Shown: piece by piece, positions 38,280 to 51,281 of the stretch
How the letters are laid out: every line of letters begins with the position of its first letter
Position numbering within the stretch: the first letter of the stretch is position 1
NCBI RefSeq assembly: GCF_004010195.1
Contig: NC_057711.1
Span: 76,840,685-76,904,684, forward strand
Source: Chiloscyllium plagiosum
Lineage: Eukaryota
Direction of reading: 5' to 3'
Length of the DNA: 64,000 nt
The notes under the pieces: model-generated
Seen by the model: the letters and a program-made list of their open reading frames with translations, nothing else
Database searches by the model: none
What the model was told of the DNA's origin: nothing
Made by a program: the position numbers and the translations under genes

Positions 38280-39470
38280 GATAATCACGAACATGATTGA
38301 CCCAAATCATTCTCCTCTACCATCCCTTTGTTTCCATTCAGTTGTGTGGGACTACTGCTGTCTCTTACCGTTTTGTTTAGAGTGACAGAGTTTCCTGAAT
38401 CCCACCGTCATCTTTTGAATCCCTCAAGAATTTGTCTTTGGCTTTCACCTGTTTACCATCTACATGCGATATCGTCCAAAACTCAAGGTCAGGTTCCACA
38501 TATACACTGACAATAGTTAGTTCTCCTTCCACACCAGCTCATTCGACCACTCCACAGCTGTGCTGTCACACTGCTTGTCCAACTTCTAGTCTTGAAAGAG
38601 CTGAAATTTCCTATAATTAAACAGAGAAGACCAAAACCAGTCTTTTTGCCCCCTCAATTAACTCCATTCCCTGACTACTGGTGCTAGCTCTCTCCCTAGT
38701 CATTATTTCCAATTCAACCAGACTGTTTACAATCTGAGCATTCTCTTTAGCATTTAGATAAACCTCCAGCAAAGACTAAATACCTCAAATTCCTTAATAC
38801 CAGCCTCTACTAGCTGCTTACATAAACTATTGTCAACTCCATACTCAAATATTCCAATACTCACCTGGCCAGCCTTTTATCGCCCATACATCTTGAAACT
38901 TAGTTCATTCAACACTCTGCTGCATGAATTCTAACTGACACCAAGTTCCATTTAACGATCATTCCTTTTTGCTACAATGGTTCCCAATACATCAATTTTA
39001 AAATTCTCATCCTTGTCCAAATCCCTCCAAGGCCTCCCCTTTCTGCCAACATCTTTTACTGCCTTCAGCAATTAGAACTCTGCAGTGATATTTTTGCACC
39101 AACGCACCATTATCTATGGTGTCTCTCTGTGATCTTTCCTTGGCTTTCCCTTATTTCCCAACCATATACGACTACCTGAAGACACAAGATCAGGTTCCAG
39201 CTATACACGAACTCTAAACTTACATTCATCTGTCATCGCTTTCATCTCCATCACTACTGTCCTTTAAATTTTGAGGTGTGGAACTTTGCCTCCAAACTTG
39301 TCTGCCTCTCTAGCTCCTTCAAGAACTGATTAAAACCTACTTGGTTGATCAAGTGTTTGGCCATCTGACCTAATATCTCTTTTGGTTCAGTATCATGACT
39401 CTTCTTCTTCCAATCCTCTGAAAAATCTTGGGATGATTTAATACATTATACATTAAAAGGTGCAAACTAC
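38280..39470 (+). mobile_element. Old L2-like LINE 3' fragment
   Basis: Pyrimidine-rich RT C-terminal remnants (KTKT.., LVIQHSAA.IL, FKIL); 3' tail ttgggatgatt..cattaaaaggtgc. Confidence 0.5.
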
Positions 39471-39659
39471 TGCCAATGCTAACGTAGCCATGTTCCAGTG
39501 TTACTCACACTTTTAATTAGAGTACATGTAAGGTCAAACAGAAAAATAGATCAGCACATTCAAGCAAATATAGTTATCAGTCAACAGCAAATAATTAGTA
39601 TTTCTGCGATGGAAGGCAGCGCTGCAGCCTGTAACATGACTTGAAATATCATAATTTAC

Positions 39660-39695
39660 CTCATCCTTCTTTTTATACACTTTTCTTCTTCATAC
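39660..39695 (-). CDS. PRUNE2: PRUNE2 36-nt (probably alternative) exon YEEEKCIKRRMR
   Basis: Acceptor cttatttcctataag, donor AG|gtaaat; symmetric phase 2-2. Resembles the post-BCH YEEE/YDEE segment I recall from BNIP2, ATCAY and PRUNE2 isoforms. Confidence 0.82.
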
Positions 39696-40929
39696 CTTAT
39701 AGGAAATAAGTCATTTAACCAAAATTAGGAAATAAAAAAAGAACATCCTGTCACAATAGTTAAGCAGGCAGAAGAAATCACCTTTATGGTAATAGGGGGA
39801 ATGAATGATAGCACATGAAGAATCAATAAGATTTGTTAGTTTGGACATTGATAAGAATATCCATAAAGTGAACACTGCAGATCATCATATTAGAGTTGAT
39901 GACTACCAATGGTCTAACAAATTGAAATATGCATTAACAATTGTGCTCTGCAGTACACTAAAAATTATTTAGAGTTTTCAGGCATACATCTTAACGATGA
40001 AAATTCAAACTTGCAATCACAAATGTTCACTTCAGAATAAACAGATACAGGACATCATAGAGATGTTTAAAATTTGATACTTAATCAAGAATGAGTAGTG
40101 CTGAATGGAAAGAATTTTACTTGTAAAGCGATTATCAACAGTGTCCATAATTAATGTTGACATTAGATCAAATTACTTATTTTAAGAATAATGCATACAC
40201 AACTAAAGCTTATTGTGTTGTGCTTGTAGGACAACGGGAAAATTATGGACAGAAATCATAAATCTCTCTCTTTAAAGTTAATTAAAGAGTTCTAAATGAA
40301 TTATTTCAATCAAACTCTAAAAAGAGTTGGCTGAAATATATTCTGCCTCATGGAAACCATACTTTAAAAAAAAACTTGCACCTTGTTGAAGCATTCCATT
40401 CCAAGAAGAAAGCAATACAAAAAATACAAAGATTAAGCAGGTTTATTTGTAAGTTGTTAATTGAAAATCTCAAGAAGTTACAGGAACCAAAGAGCAAAAA
40501 AAAACTTCCAAAAATGATTACCGCAAGTAAGCAATTTAATTGCCTAGAATGGTAACTTAAGAGATGAAATAAGATTCTGTAATATGCAAAATTGTACTAT
40601 TCATAGAGATAGTTTCTAGTTTTGACAGTATTCTATTGGATATACAATTGGAGAACTTTGCAAATCTCTATTCTACTGCCTTACCGCTACACAATTCTAC
40701 AGGCACAACATTAAAATGTATATAATTAAGATACTAACAAAGTATTTAAGAGGAATTAAAGAAGTTTGCACTTAACATATCATTAAATAGTTTATATTTA
40801 TGTACAGGGAGGTTTTGAGAAATTAGTGAACTTTTAAAACTCCTCCCTGTTACTGATGAGATCATCCCAATGCTAACAGATGAGTGTGACGATTGGATAC
40901 CCGGAGAAGGTGAGAGGAGAGGATGAGAA

Positions 40930-41275
40930 ATAGAATCATAAAATCCCTACAATGTGAAGCATTGCGTCCACACCAACCCTCAGAAGAGCATCCCACTCAG
41001 ACCCACCCTGCTAACCTATGACTGGAATCCTGCAATTCTCACAGCTAATCAATCTAGTATGCACATCCCTGGATACCATGGTCAATTTAACACTGCCAAT
41101 TCAGCTAACCTGCACATCTTTGGGCTGTGGGAGTAAACCAGAGCACATTAAGGAAACCCATGTAGACACAGTGAGAACCTCCGTGTGTGGAGTTTGGTCA
41201 CCCGAGGCTGGAACCAAACCCAAGCTCGTGGAGCTGTGAGGCAGCAGTGCTGGCCACTGAGCCACCATGCTGCCC
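40930..41275 (-). mobile_element. V-SINE (HE1-type), older copy
   Basis: Head gggcagcatggtggctcagtgg..; V domain; CR1-type tail. Confidence 0.8.
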
Positions 41276-41669
41276 TTATTTATATTCATACAATAATTTG
41301 TAATGAAATGAGAAATATATTATAGACTTCATGGTTTTTTTTAAAAATTGTAACTAGTCTTGTGGGAAAGTTAGTGCACACAATCTGGTCTCATGGTATT
41401 AGTGCTATCATATGCAGGTTTATGCTGCTTGTACAAGTGTGGAGGCTTTATTGTACACCATTTAGCATGTGCTGTATAATTCATGTATGTTATGCTTTGC
41501 ACAACTGGAGAGAGCAATGAGGGCAAGTGATGAATGGTGAACAACTGGAATGGCAAGAGCAATCTCCCAAGGATGAGGTCAATGACTTAGACAACTAACT
41601 CCTTGAACATGATAGAGTGCAATTATGTTGGGTGCTATAAGCTAGACAGGACTTAATTTATTCTCTTTT

Positions 41670-42005
41670 TATTCTTTCATGGGATGTGTGTTGCTGGCAA
41701 GGCCAGCATTTATTGCCTATGCTCAATTGCTCAAAGGGCTGTTAAATGTGAACCACATTACTGTGGATCTACAGTCATATGTAGACCTGACCAGGTAAAG
41801 AAAGCAGATTACTTTCCCTAAAAGGATATTAGTGAAGCAGATGGGTTTTTCCAACAGTCGACAATGGTTTCATTGCTGATATTCCATTCAAGGTTCCAGA
41901 GTTTTATTGATTTCAAATTCCATCATTTGCCACGGCGAGATTCAATCCCAGAACATTACCTGGGTCTCTGGATTAACAGTCTAGTGATAATACCACTAGC
42001 CATCC
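41670..42005 (-). mobile_element. tRNA-derived SINE, second family
   Basis: Homologous to 15385-15705. Confidence 0.75.
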
Positions 42006-44109
42006 AGTTCCAGTAGATGACGGCTGGTTTGACTTAGGATTCATTGATAGTGACTTAGATAGGATTGAGATGGGAAGTGGCTACAGACCTGAGTGGTGTG
42101 CTGCTTGCTGCTTAAACAGAGATTTGGGTTGGACTGCCAATGTTTGACAGAGAACATGGCCGAGTTTCCTAAATAGTGGCAGCCACCAGGTTTAATGGTT
42201 TATTCCACGCTATTCAAGCAGTGGCAAATTTTTCCACCTACGGCAAGAGGGAGAATCAGACGAGCATCAGATGAGAGAGATGCCGTAGGGACTGAGTAGG
42301 TAATTACTGAGGTGAGTTTGGGATGGCTGTTCAGAAAGAAACCCTACATAGAAATTTGATGAAAACTTCAGCCTTTAGAACTTTATGGAACTGTCTCATC
42401 TCTCCATAGGTGTTATATTGTCTGCCATTGGTGAATACTGGGCATGGTAGTTGGAAGGGCAAAGCGTAGCAAGTATTGGCATCGATCGGCCTAAGTTGGA
42501 ATGGGGCTTTTATAGTTCAGGAGAAGACATGGGTTACATGAGTGTGTAGGAGTGTTGTGAGGGGATGGTGAGGGTGAGGGTTGGAGGAGTGTTGTACATG
42601 TTTTTAATGCTTTGTGAAAAAAATGCCAAAGCCCCAAGGCAGGCCCTCCACTTAGTTAGCCTGAGCACATAGTCTCTCCTCACTACTTCCTGGGTTGCGT
42701 ACCACAACTTCTACATGGAAATAAAATATCTTTCTCGAGACCTGGAGGTCCAGAGGCCAGGCAGCCATTTTTAAAATTCAGATTTACCGAGCTACAAATT
42801 CTCCTACCTGTACCTGAACCCCAATGTCGATGCAAGACCAACCCATAGTGATCATTCTAAAGAGAAAGTGAATATCTATTGGTTTGAGGAATGTGGCAAA
42901 ATATCTATCTCTTCCCTATTCAATGATGTGCTTGTCAAGCTGCCTATTCATTTGTAGCTAATTAAATGAAATAAATTGATTGAATTTAGGCAACCTCAGT
43001 AACTGACACTTCATTTATTGTTTGTATTGTCAGCTAAATGATTTATACCTTAGTTCTAGGCTGAGTTCCTTCCTGAAACTAATTATGTTTTATAGTAATT
43101 AACAGATGAGGTTGATTAATTCACAATTTAGTCATAATTTTAATTTCCAAATCTTCTTCAGTTTTATATGTTTGCACTGTTTATTTTTATCTCTATTCTA
43201 ATTGGAGCAAGAGTGTGTTAGCACCTCCACACAGTGTGATAGAGAGGAAGAACTACGTTTGCACATTGCCATCTGAAATGACAAAGTTGTTAAAATATCC
43301 TGGTTAACAATTACATTTTCATTGTTAATTTTTGCTCTTTCAGGCTGTTGGGTTGGTTCTTGCTGGTATGATAATTCCACCACTAGCTTCAGTGTTTACT
43401 TTTAGATTCAGCACCTAGACTGAGGTGCCACAATGTGCAGCAGATTTTATTATCATCCCCCAAGTGGAGTTCCTACCTTAGTGTGGAGGCTTTCAAAAAA
43501 TACATTCAATTAAAAACTACTAAAATGTGCATTTCAAGCAATTAGAATTCGTGGTATCTAAAACTTGGAACTGGATGTCTCATGCAAAAATGAAGAGTGG
43601 ATTATGCAGTGACGCAGTTTGATGAATATGTAGATGAGCCACAGAGGGAAGTTATGACATAACTATGACCTCAGCAGTTCCAAAAAACTGCTCCAAGCAG
43701 TAATACCTGTTGCTGGCTCATCAACTATACATTATTTTCAAAGATTATTTAAAGAAGTGTTTGCAAGTCCAGCATGAGCATGTGTGAAGAACCATGAATC
43801 AGCACTGAAATAGGTTATAGAGCACCATGACAGAAACACAGAAATTAACAGAATTTTAAAAGATTTTAGCTGGTGGACATAGAGAGCAGAATTCTGTTGC
43901 AAAGAATAGGATTCTTGAGGATGTTTCTCTTTCAGAAGAATGGTTTGGTGCCTATAACCTTGCTAAAGTAATTTGCTCTTTGATGTCTTAATGCTTTAGA
44001 ATATAATTCAATGTAAACTACTTCTTTAAGCAGATCTGCAATGGAGAGATGTAGTGAAGCAAACTTCACAATGAAAAACTGGACTTCCGAATAAAATGAT
44101 TAGATGATT

Positions 44110-44853
44110 AGGTCAGTGGAGTGCCAGAAGAATCAGTGCTGGGTCCTCTACTTTTTGTCATTTACATAAATGATTTGGATGCGAGCATAAGAGGTACAGT
44201 TAGTATGTTTACAGATGACACCAAAATTGGAGGTGTACTGGACAGTGAAGAGGGTTACCTCAGATTACAACAGACGGGGCAATAGGCTGAGAAGTGGCAG
44301 ATGGAGTTTAATTCAGATAAATGCGAGGTGCTGCATTTTGGGAAAGCAAATCTTAGCAGGACTTATACACTTAATGNNNNNNNNNNNNNNNNNNNNNNNN
44401 NNNNNNNNNNNNNNNNNNNNNNNNNNNNNNNNNNNNNNNNNNNNNNNNNNNNNNNNNNNNNNNNNNNNNNNNNNNNNNNNNNNNNNNNNNNNNNNNNNNN
44501 NNNNNNNNNNNNNNNNNNNNNNNNNNNNNNATAGGGTAAATAGGCAAAGTCTTTTCCCAGGACTAGAGGGCATAGGTTTAGGGTGAAAGGGGAAAGATAT
44601 AAAAGAGATCTGCAGAGCAACCTTTTCACACAGAGAGGGGTAGGTGTATGGAATGAGCTGCCAGAGGGACTGGTGGAGGCTAGTACAATTGCAACATTTA
44701 AGAGGCATTTGGATGTGTATATGAATAGGAAGGGTTGGAGGGATATGGGCTGGGTGCTGGCAGGTGGGACTAGATTGGGTTGGGATATCTGGTCGGCATG
44801 GACACTTGGACCAAAGCGTCTGTTTCCATGCTGTATATCTCTATGACTCTATG
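44110..44853 (+). mobile_element. CR1 RT and 3' UTR fragment spanning an assembly gap (N 44377-44530)
   Basis: GVPEESVLGPLLF, MEFNSDKCEVLHFG; tail ctatgactctatg. Confidence 0.9.
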
Positions 44854-45404
44854 CATTTTCTCTTTATAGAAAGACTGCACTGTCTTTGAAAAGTTTGATG
44901 GTAGCTCTGGCGGTGACAGCAACTCAACAGCAAATCACACAAAGCATGCAACAAGGCATTGATGAAGTAAATATCAAAAGCATCAGGAACAAAACCAATC
45001 TGCAATGCTTGGTGGAATCTGGCATTTTATGTTAAGATGGAGGACATCGGGAATGAATTACTCATTCAGGTACTGAATCCTGTAATTAGTTAAAACATTC
45101 AGGTATTAGTTTTTACATTTAATGAGACTAATATATAATTTTTAAAGTAAAACAATCATTTACTTCCTTATCAGTTAGTTAATTTCTTTAGTATTTGTTA
45201 AGAATAAGGCTGCAAGTGTTACTTGAAATGGTCTTTAATGCAGCTGAGGTGGCTCATAATTATTGCTCATTAAGTTTCCCACAAAAGACTAAAGGTTTAT
45301 TTTAAATTTACTCCAGTGAGGAAATCTGACCACACAAAAAAACTAAATTATAGATTTACCTATTTCCTTAAACCTGAATATAATAATCGATTATGTATCT
45401 AAGG

Positions 45405-45775
45405 GCAGGTGGTGGCTTGCTGATAACACTATTGGACTAGTAATCCAAAGATCGAGACTAATGTTTTGAGGTCATGGGTTTAATCCAGCTGGTAGAATTG
45501 ACATTTAATTAATAAATCTGAAATTGAAAGCTAATTGCTGTGATGGTGACCAGGAAAGTAGTTGAGAAAACCCACCTGGCTCAATAGTATTCTTTAGGGA
45601 AGGAAATCAGCCCTTCTTTACCCATGATGGCTTATGTGTGCCTCCAGGCCCACAGCAATATAGTTGATGCTTAGCTGTCCTTTAAAATAATCCAGGAAGC
45701 CATTTTAAGGACAATTAGGGATGGGCAACAAATGCTGACCTTGGCAGTGATTCCCATATTACATGAAAGAATTAA
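45405..45775 (+). mobile_element. tRNA-derived SINE, second family
   Basis: ggtggcttgctgataacactattggactagtaatcc... tail gggcaacaaatgctgacc. Confidence 0.7.
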
Positions 45776-47005
45776 AACAACCTTGATTCTTCTCTTTGTG
45801 CCAGTTAGTGCACTAAAGCTTTAAGAGTCTAATCAGTGATTACATTTTACAGAAGAATCTCTGCATCTATTTATTAGTAAAGAAAATAGCTTCAAATCTC
45901 TAAAATTTGTCTTTCATGTATATTACAATAACAGAGTAGGAAACACAAGTAAAATACAAAAAAACGTGAATAAAGTTAAGCCTTTATCAGACAGAAGGAT
46001 GCTGTTCTAAGTGGATTGTACATTATGTAGCACCCAGAAAAACACGGACCCATTAAAATTCTACAGAATAACTAGGAACCCAATTGGTTAGATAGTTCAC
46101 TGTTGATAGACGTTGTATTTTCTTTTCAGTGATGACAGAATGGTGCTAACATCAGGGTCAAACAGTGAAGAACTCTAGCTGTAATCTGCTTATGTCATTG
46201 AAGCAGACCTTAACCAGAGAAGCTTTGAAACAGGATAATAGTTATAATGTTAGTGAGCTAACATAGCAACTGTGGTCCTTGGACAATATAAAGCCAAAGA
46301 TATAAAACAGGAAGAGGATGGAGTTTCAGGATTATGTTCACATCCAATTAAACTATCATAAAGGCTTTAGTATTCGGGCACCAGATAGTACTCATAGAAA
46401 CAAGAATCAGATAACAATCTGAAGCACACAAATGCATGTGTGTCAAGCGCTAATACCCAGCAAGTATAAGCAGAAAGATGTGATTTTATGGCTTGGAATA
46501 AATATTCTGGACAGTATCCAAAACTATTCATGTTTTAAAAGAAAGAAGTTGTTTAACAGAAACAGTATCTTACATACTAAAATGAGAAAATACACAGAAG
46601 TCTAACATCCCTGCAGTCAGACTGCAAGAGGAAGAAGCATTTTAAGAAAATGGTAACAAAGCAATTATATTACTGAAGAAGTAATCCAGAGACTTTACTG
46701 CCCTGGAGACATCAACTCAAACTCCATCACAGCAGTTAAGAATTTATATTCAGTTAAATGAATGCATCTGGAATTAAAAAGTGAGGATCATTAAGACTGA
46801 CCATAAAATGGCTATACTGTCATTAAAGAATACCCATTTTAGAGAATGAAATCTGGCATCCTTACAATATGACGACTCTGATTCCACACAACCAATATGG
46901 TTGACTATTCATTCTCCTCTGAAAACAGATTAGAAAGCCACTCAGTTGGACTAATCTGCTACAAAGCTGTGTGCACCCTCAAGCTCCTGTGCCTGCTTTG
47001 GGTTG

Positions 47006-47216
47006 TGATTTGGAAATGCCGGTGTTGGACTGGGGTGTACAAAGTTAAAAATCACACAACACCAGGTTATAGTCCAACAGGTTTAATTGGATGCACACTA
47101 GCTTTCGGAGCGACGCTCCTTCATCAGGTGATAGTGATGAAGGAGCGACGCTCCGAAAGCCAGTATACATCCAATTAAACCTGTTGGACAATAACCTGGC
47201 GTTGTGTGATTTTTTT
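47006..47216. mobile_element. Penelope family-2 pLTR fold-back element with 12-bp TSD
   Basis: TSD TGCTTTGGGTTG at 46994-47005 and 47217-47228; ~80-bp inverted arms at 47047-47126 and 47135-47214 with an 8-nt loop. Confidence 0.9.
47094..47132 (-). ncRNA. Minimal hammerhead ribozyme motif, intact core, same strand as PRUNE2 pre-mRNA
   Basis: atcacCTGATGAa-GGAGC-GTC-GCTCC-GAAAGCTAgtgtg; stem I cac/gtg, palindromic AGCT stem III, CUA triplet. Confidence 0.65.
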
Positions 47217-47659
47217 TGCTTTGGGTTGAATACTGAGACGTCTGACACTGCATAGGTTGTCACTGAACTTTTTTCACATACTCCACAGCTTGCCATCTCC
47301 TGGCAGCTTCTGCAGACTACAGCCATGGCAGCTTGACATCCTGCCCCCATTCAAAAAAAGGAAATCTCTTTCCTCCCTCATTGATCTCAAGGTCCTCCTT
47401 ATGATCAATGAGAGAAATAAAAGGCAGCCCTAGAATGTCTGCCTTCTGCCTATTTCAGAAGTCCTGGTTGTTTAAATGTGGCCTGCATTTATTCAGTTCC
47501 GCCTTCGTTCCCACCCTTGCAGCTGTTAATTGGCCACTTGACCTGATCTCCAGTCAATCAGCACCCCTCCTCAACCAAAATTACATGCTATAGTTTTCAC
47601 TTCTATGGCAGAGTCAGGAACGGTCTCAAAGTTGGCTTCTTGCTCAGAAGGTAAAAAAA

Positions 47660-48345
47660 AAAGGCCTGTTTCATGAACATGTGGCAACTTGGTACAAAGA
47701 AAGGTTGTCCTATAAACTAGTCAAACAACAGTCAGAACTAGCCACACCTCTTCTAATATAACTAAAAGAATGACATTCGCAATGACTATTTCGTCAAGAG
47801 AAGTGGAACCACTGCTCCCTGACATTCAACAGATCATCATTTTAGGATTTACTTTCAACCTCCAGGGAGTCACCAGAAACCTAAATGGGCAGAAGACTAC
47901 AAGCGCATGTCAGAGTCTCTGAATTCTGTGCGAACTAATTCAACATCAACTAGGACAAAGCAGCCATTGATTGGCATTGCATTTCCCACTTTAATCATTC
48001 ATTCCCTTCACCATGGTGTATCATGCACTTTGTATCATCGATAAAATGGTGTTTAGCAACTTCCTACGACAAATTCAAAAGCAGTTCCCAAACTAAAACT
48101 ATCAACTAGGATGAGAAGAAGAATAGGGCCTCCAGGCTACACTAATCTTTAGTAGGAAATATTTCACAGCTCCTTCATTGCTGCTGAATTAAAATCCTGG
48201 AACTACCTCATTAACAGTTCTGTAGCACTTGCTTCACCACACGGGCTGTAGCAGTTCAAGAAACAATTTCATTACTCCTTTCCAAGTGCAATTAGGAGCT
48301 AGTAATAAATCCAATTGTCCCTTCAATGTCCACATCCCATGAATG
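47660..48345 (+). mobile_element. Old CR1/L2-group LINE 3' end
   Basis: aaatcctggaactacctc..cagttcaagaa..gcaattagg..cacatcccatgaat tail. Confidence 0.55.
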
Positions 48346-48984
48346 TATGCAGAGAAACACTTTCAGGATATGTTTGCCATGCATTGATGATTTAAAGTTA
48401 AAGGGTAGAAATTATGGATGAACCTTAAGATGTAATATTAATGCAGTGATAGAAAATCCTTCTTTTGCATATTTTAAGTAAGGGCAATAACACACTAGAT
48501 AGAATAATTTGAAAGCATTTATACAAGCTCTTACATTTATGCTGTCAAACTATGACTGCATCATTATTAATCTAATCCCAAATAAATTAGTAAATTACCA
48601 AACTAGATACTATTACTTTTCTCAATATTAGTTAATTCATGGAATGCAGAATTAGATATGTCTGATTTTTACCTACCAATCCAGTGTCTTGTAAGTCTCT
48701 CCTTATAAGCGTAGTAAGATTTTTTTAAAATCAGCCAGTTTAGAGAAGTATTACACGCTTAGGAAGCAGATGGGATTTGAAGCTGGGTCTCTGGTCTAGA
48801 GGTAGGGACATTACCACTGCTCCTTTTTAAGTGTCTTAAGTATTTAATGAAACAATGCCCTTCACCTGTTTGTCTTACCAATAAAAAACACAAGTAATAA
48901 ACATCATTTCTGAAGGCAAACTGATAAGACATCAGTTAATAAATGTGCATACTTTAATAACAGTTCACTGTTAAATTATGTTGA

Positions 48985-49359
48985 AGGCTGAGGGGTGACC
49001 TTATAAAGGTTTATAAAATCATGAGGGGCATGGATAGGAAAAATAGACAAAGTCTTTTCCTTGGGATGGGACAGTCCAGAACTAGAAGGCATAGCTTTAG
49101 TGTGAGAGGGGAAAGATATAAAAAGAGACCTGAGGGACAACATTTTCCAACAGAAGGTGGTACATGTATGGAATGAGCTGCCAAAGAAAGTGGTGGAAGA
49201 TAGTACGATTGCAACATTTAAAAATACTCTGAATGGGTCTACGAATAGGAAGGGTTTGGAGGGATTTGGGCTGACAGTTGGGACTATATTGGGTTGGGAT
49301 ATCTGGTCGGCATGGACGAGTTGGACTGAACGGTCTGTGCTGTACATCTCTATGACTCT
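48985..49359 (+). mobile_element. CR1 3' end (RLRGDL... to CTATGACTCTAT tail)
   Basis: Highly similar to 44530-44853 and 59290-59637. Confidence 0.9.
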
Positions 49360-50120
49360 ATTTGCCCAGCCTATTCAACCTCTCCCTATAGCTCAAATCC
49401 TCCAACTCTGGCAATGTGCTTGTAAATCTTTTCTGAACCCTTTCAGGTTTCACAATATCTTTCCAATATGAAGGAGACCAGATTTGCATGCAATGTTCCA
49501 AAAGTGGCCGAACCAATGCCTTGTACAGCCGCAACATGACCTCCCAACTCCTGTACTCCATACTGACCAATAAAGGAATGCACACCAAACGCATTCTTCA
49601 CTATCCTATCTACCTGCGACTCCACTTTCAAGGAGCTATGAACCTGCACGCCAAGGTCTCTTTGTTCAGCAACACTCCCCAGGACCTTACCATTTAAGTG
49701 TATAAGTCCTGCTAAGATTTGCTTTCCCAAAATGCAGCACTTCATATTTATCTAAATTCATCTGCCACTTCTCAGCCCATTGGCCCATCTTGATTAGATT
49801 AGATTAGTTACAGTGTGGAAACAGGCCCTTCGGCCCAACAAGTCCACACTGACCCACCGAAGCGCAACCCACCCAGACACATTCTCCTACATTTACCCCT
49901 TCACCTAACACTAAGGGCAATTCACCTGACCTGCACATTTTTGGACTGTGGGAGGAAACCCACGCAGACACGGGGAGAATGTGCAAACTCCACACAGTCA
50001 GTCAGTCGCCTGAACCCGGGTCTCTAGCGTTGTGAGGCAGCAGTGCTAACCACTGTGCCACCATGCCACCCCCTTTCTGATCAAGATCCCTTTGTAATCT
50101 AAGGTAACCTTCTTTGCTGT
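49360..50120 (-). mobile_element. CR1 RT fragment in opposite orientation, interrupted by a V-SINE
   Basis: Minus ORF EYRSWEVMLRLYKALVRPLLEHC..ERVQKRFT..SYRERLNRLG. Confidence 0.9.
49791..50072 (-). mobile_element. V-SINE (HE1-type) nested in CR1
   Basis: Near-identical to 15061-15376 with small deletions. Confidence 0.9.
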
Positions 50121-51281
50121 TAATTTTGAAATATTTTTAGTTCCCTTTTTTTTCCCTGACACGACAATATTTGACTGACAGGTAAGGGAGTAATTGATTT
50201 CTACTTTGTGGTCCAGAAATAATTGAGTGGAAAATGGAACCTTTCCCATTTTTCCCTTACTTGTACTTCGTATCTCTGCTAAATCTCTTCACTCAGAGTG
50301 AGAATGGAGTTGTGGAATGCCATGTGTAATCTGTAGGGAATGCTTGTGGTTAACATTACATGCTGTAAAGTTGTGTATGAACAGACCACAGTAATAAACT
50401 GCTGGAAAATTGTTTCTGCATTGCTATTCTTAAAAGTTCAGGTTTAGTATTGGAATAAAACCAATGATATAAGTCCTCTGATTGCAACATGATTATCTAT
50501 AAGGAAGAGGAAGATTCCCTTTGTGTAAAAGGTTTATCAATGTGCTAAGTGATACCCATGAAAAAACTGTTTTAATAGATAGCATGTTCTTGACATTTTG
50601 TCAATCCTAAAGTCCATACACAAAATGTGAATTTACTTAAGTGTCGTAAACCTTATTTTTCTGATTAAGATTGGTAGATACAGTGCACTCAACTTTTACA
50701 CCAACTCTTTCACATCATCACTTCAAATAACAACCTCCTAGAGTTGGACTTTAAGAAAAAGCTGGGCTCCATGAACGTATTTTTCAACCACAATAGAAAA
50801 AAACAGAAACTATAGCAATGCAAGAAAATTCAGTTTATAAGCATAATATTCTGAGGAGGAAACATAATTAGCTAAGAAGTGTTTGAGTTATTAACTGTAG
50901 AGGAAAATAAGTAATGCAACAAAATGAACAAATCTATCGCTGCAGTTTGGATTCCTGCAAATCTAATGATTATGGTTCTGTATAGAATAGTATACTTTTC
51001 ACAATTTATAAACATAAAATAAACATTGTTCACTAGTTGCCTTAATATCAGATATATGGCAATGTATTCCAGTCTGTTCAAATTCACTTTCAAATTGATT
51101 TTGAAGAGTACACGAAAGATAGACACTATAAAGCATTACAAATGGAATTATCTACAGTAGATCTTGAATAATACAATTGCCAAAGTTTGTGATAAGCAAG
51201 GTAAAAATGTCAGTTTTATACACTTTGCTAATAATATTAAACACATGAATCAACCAAATACATATGAAATACATTACTCAC

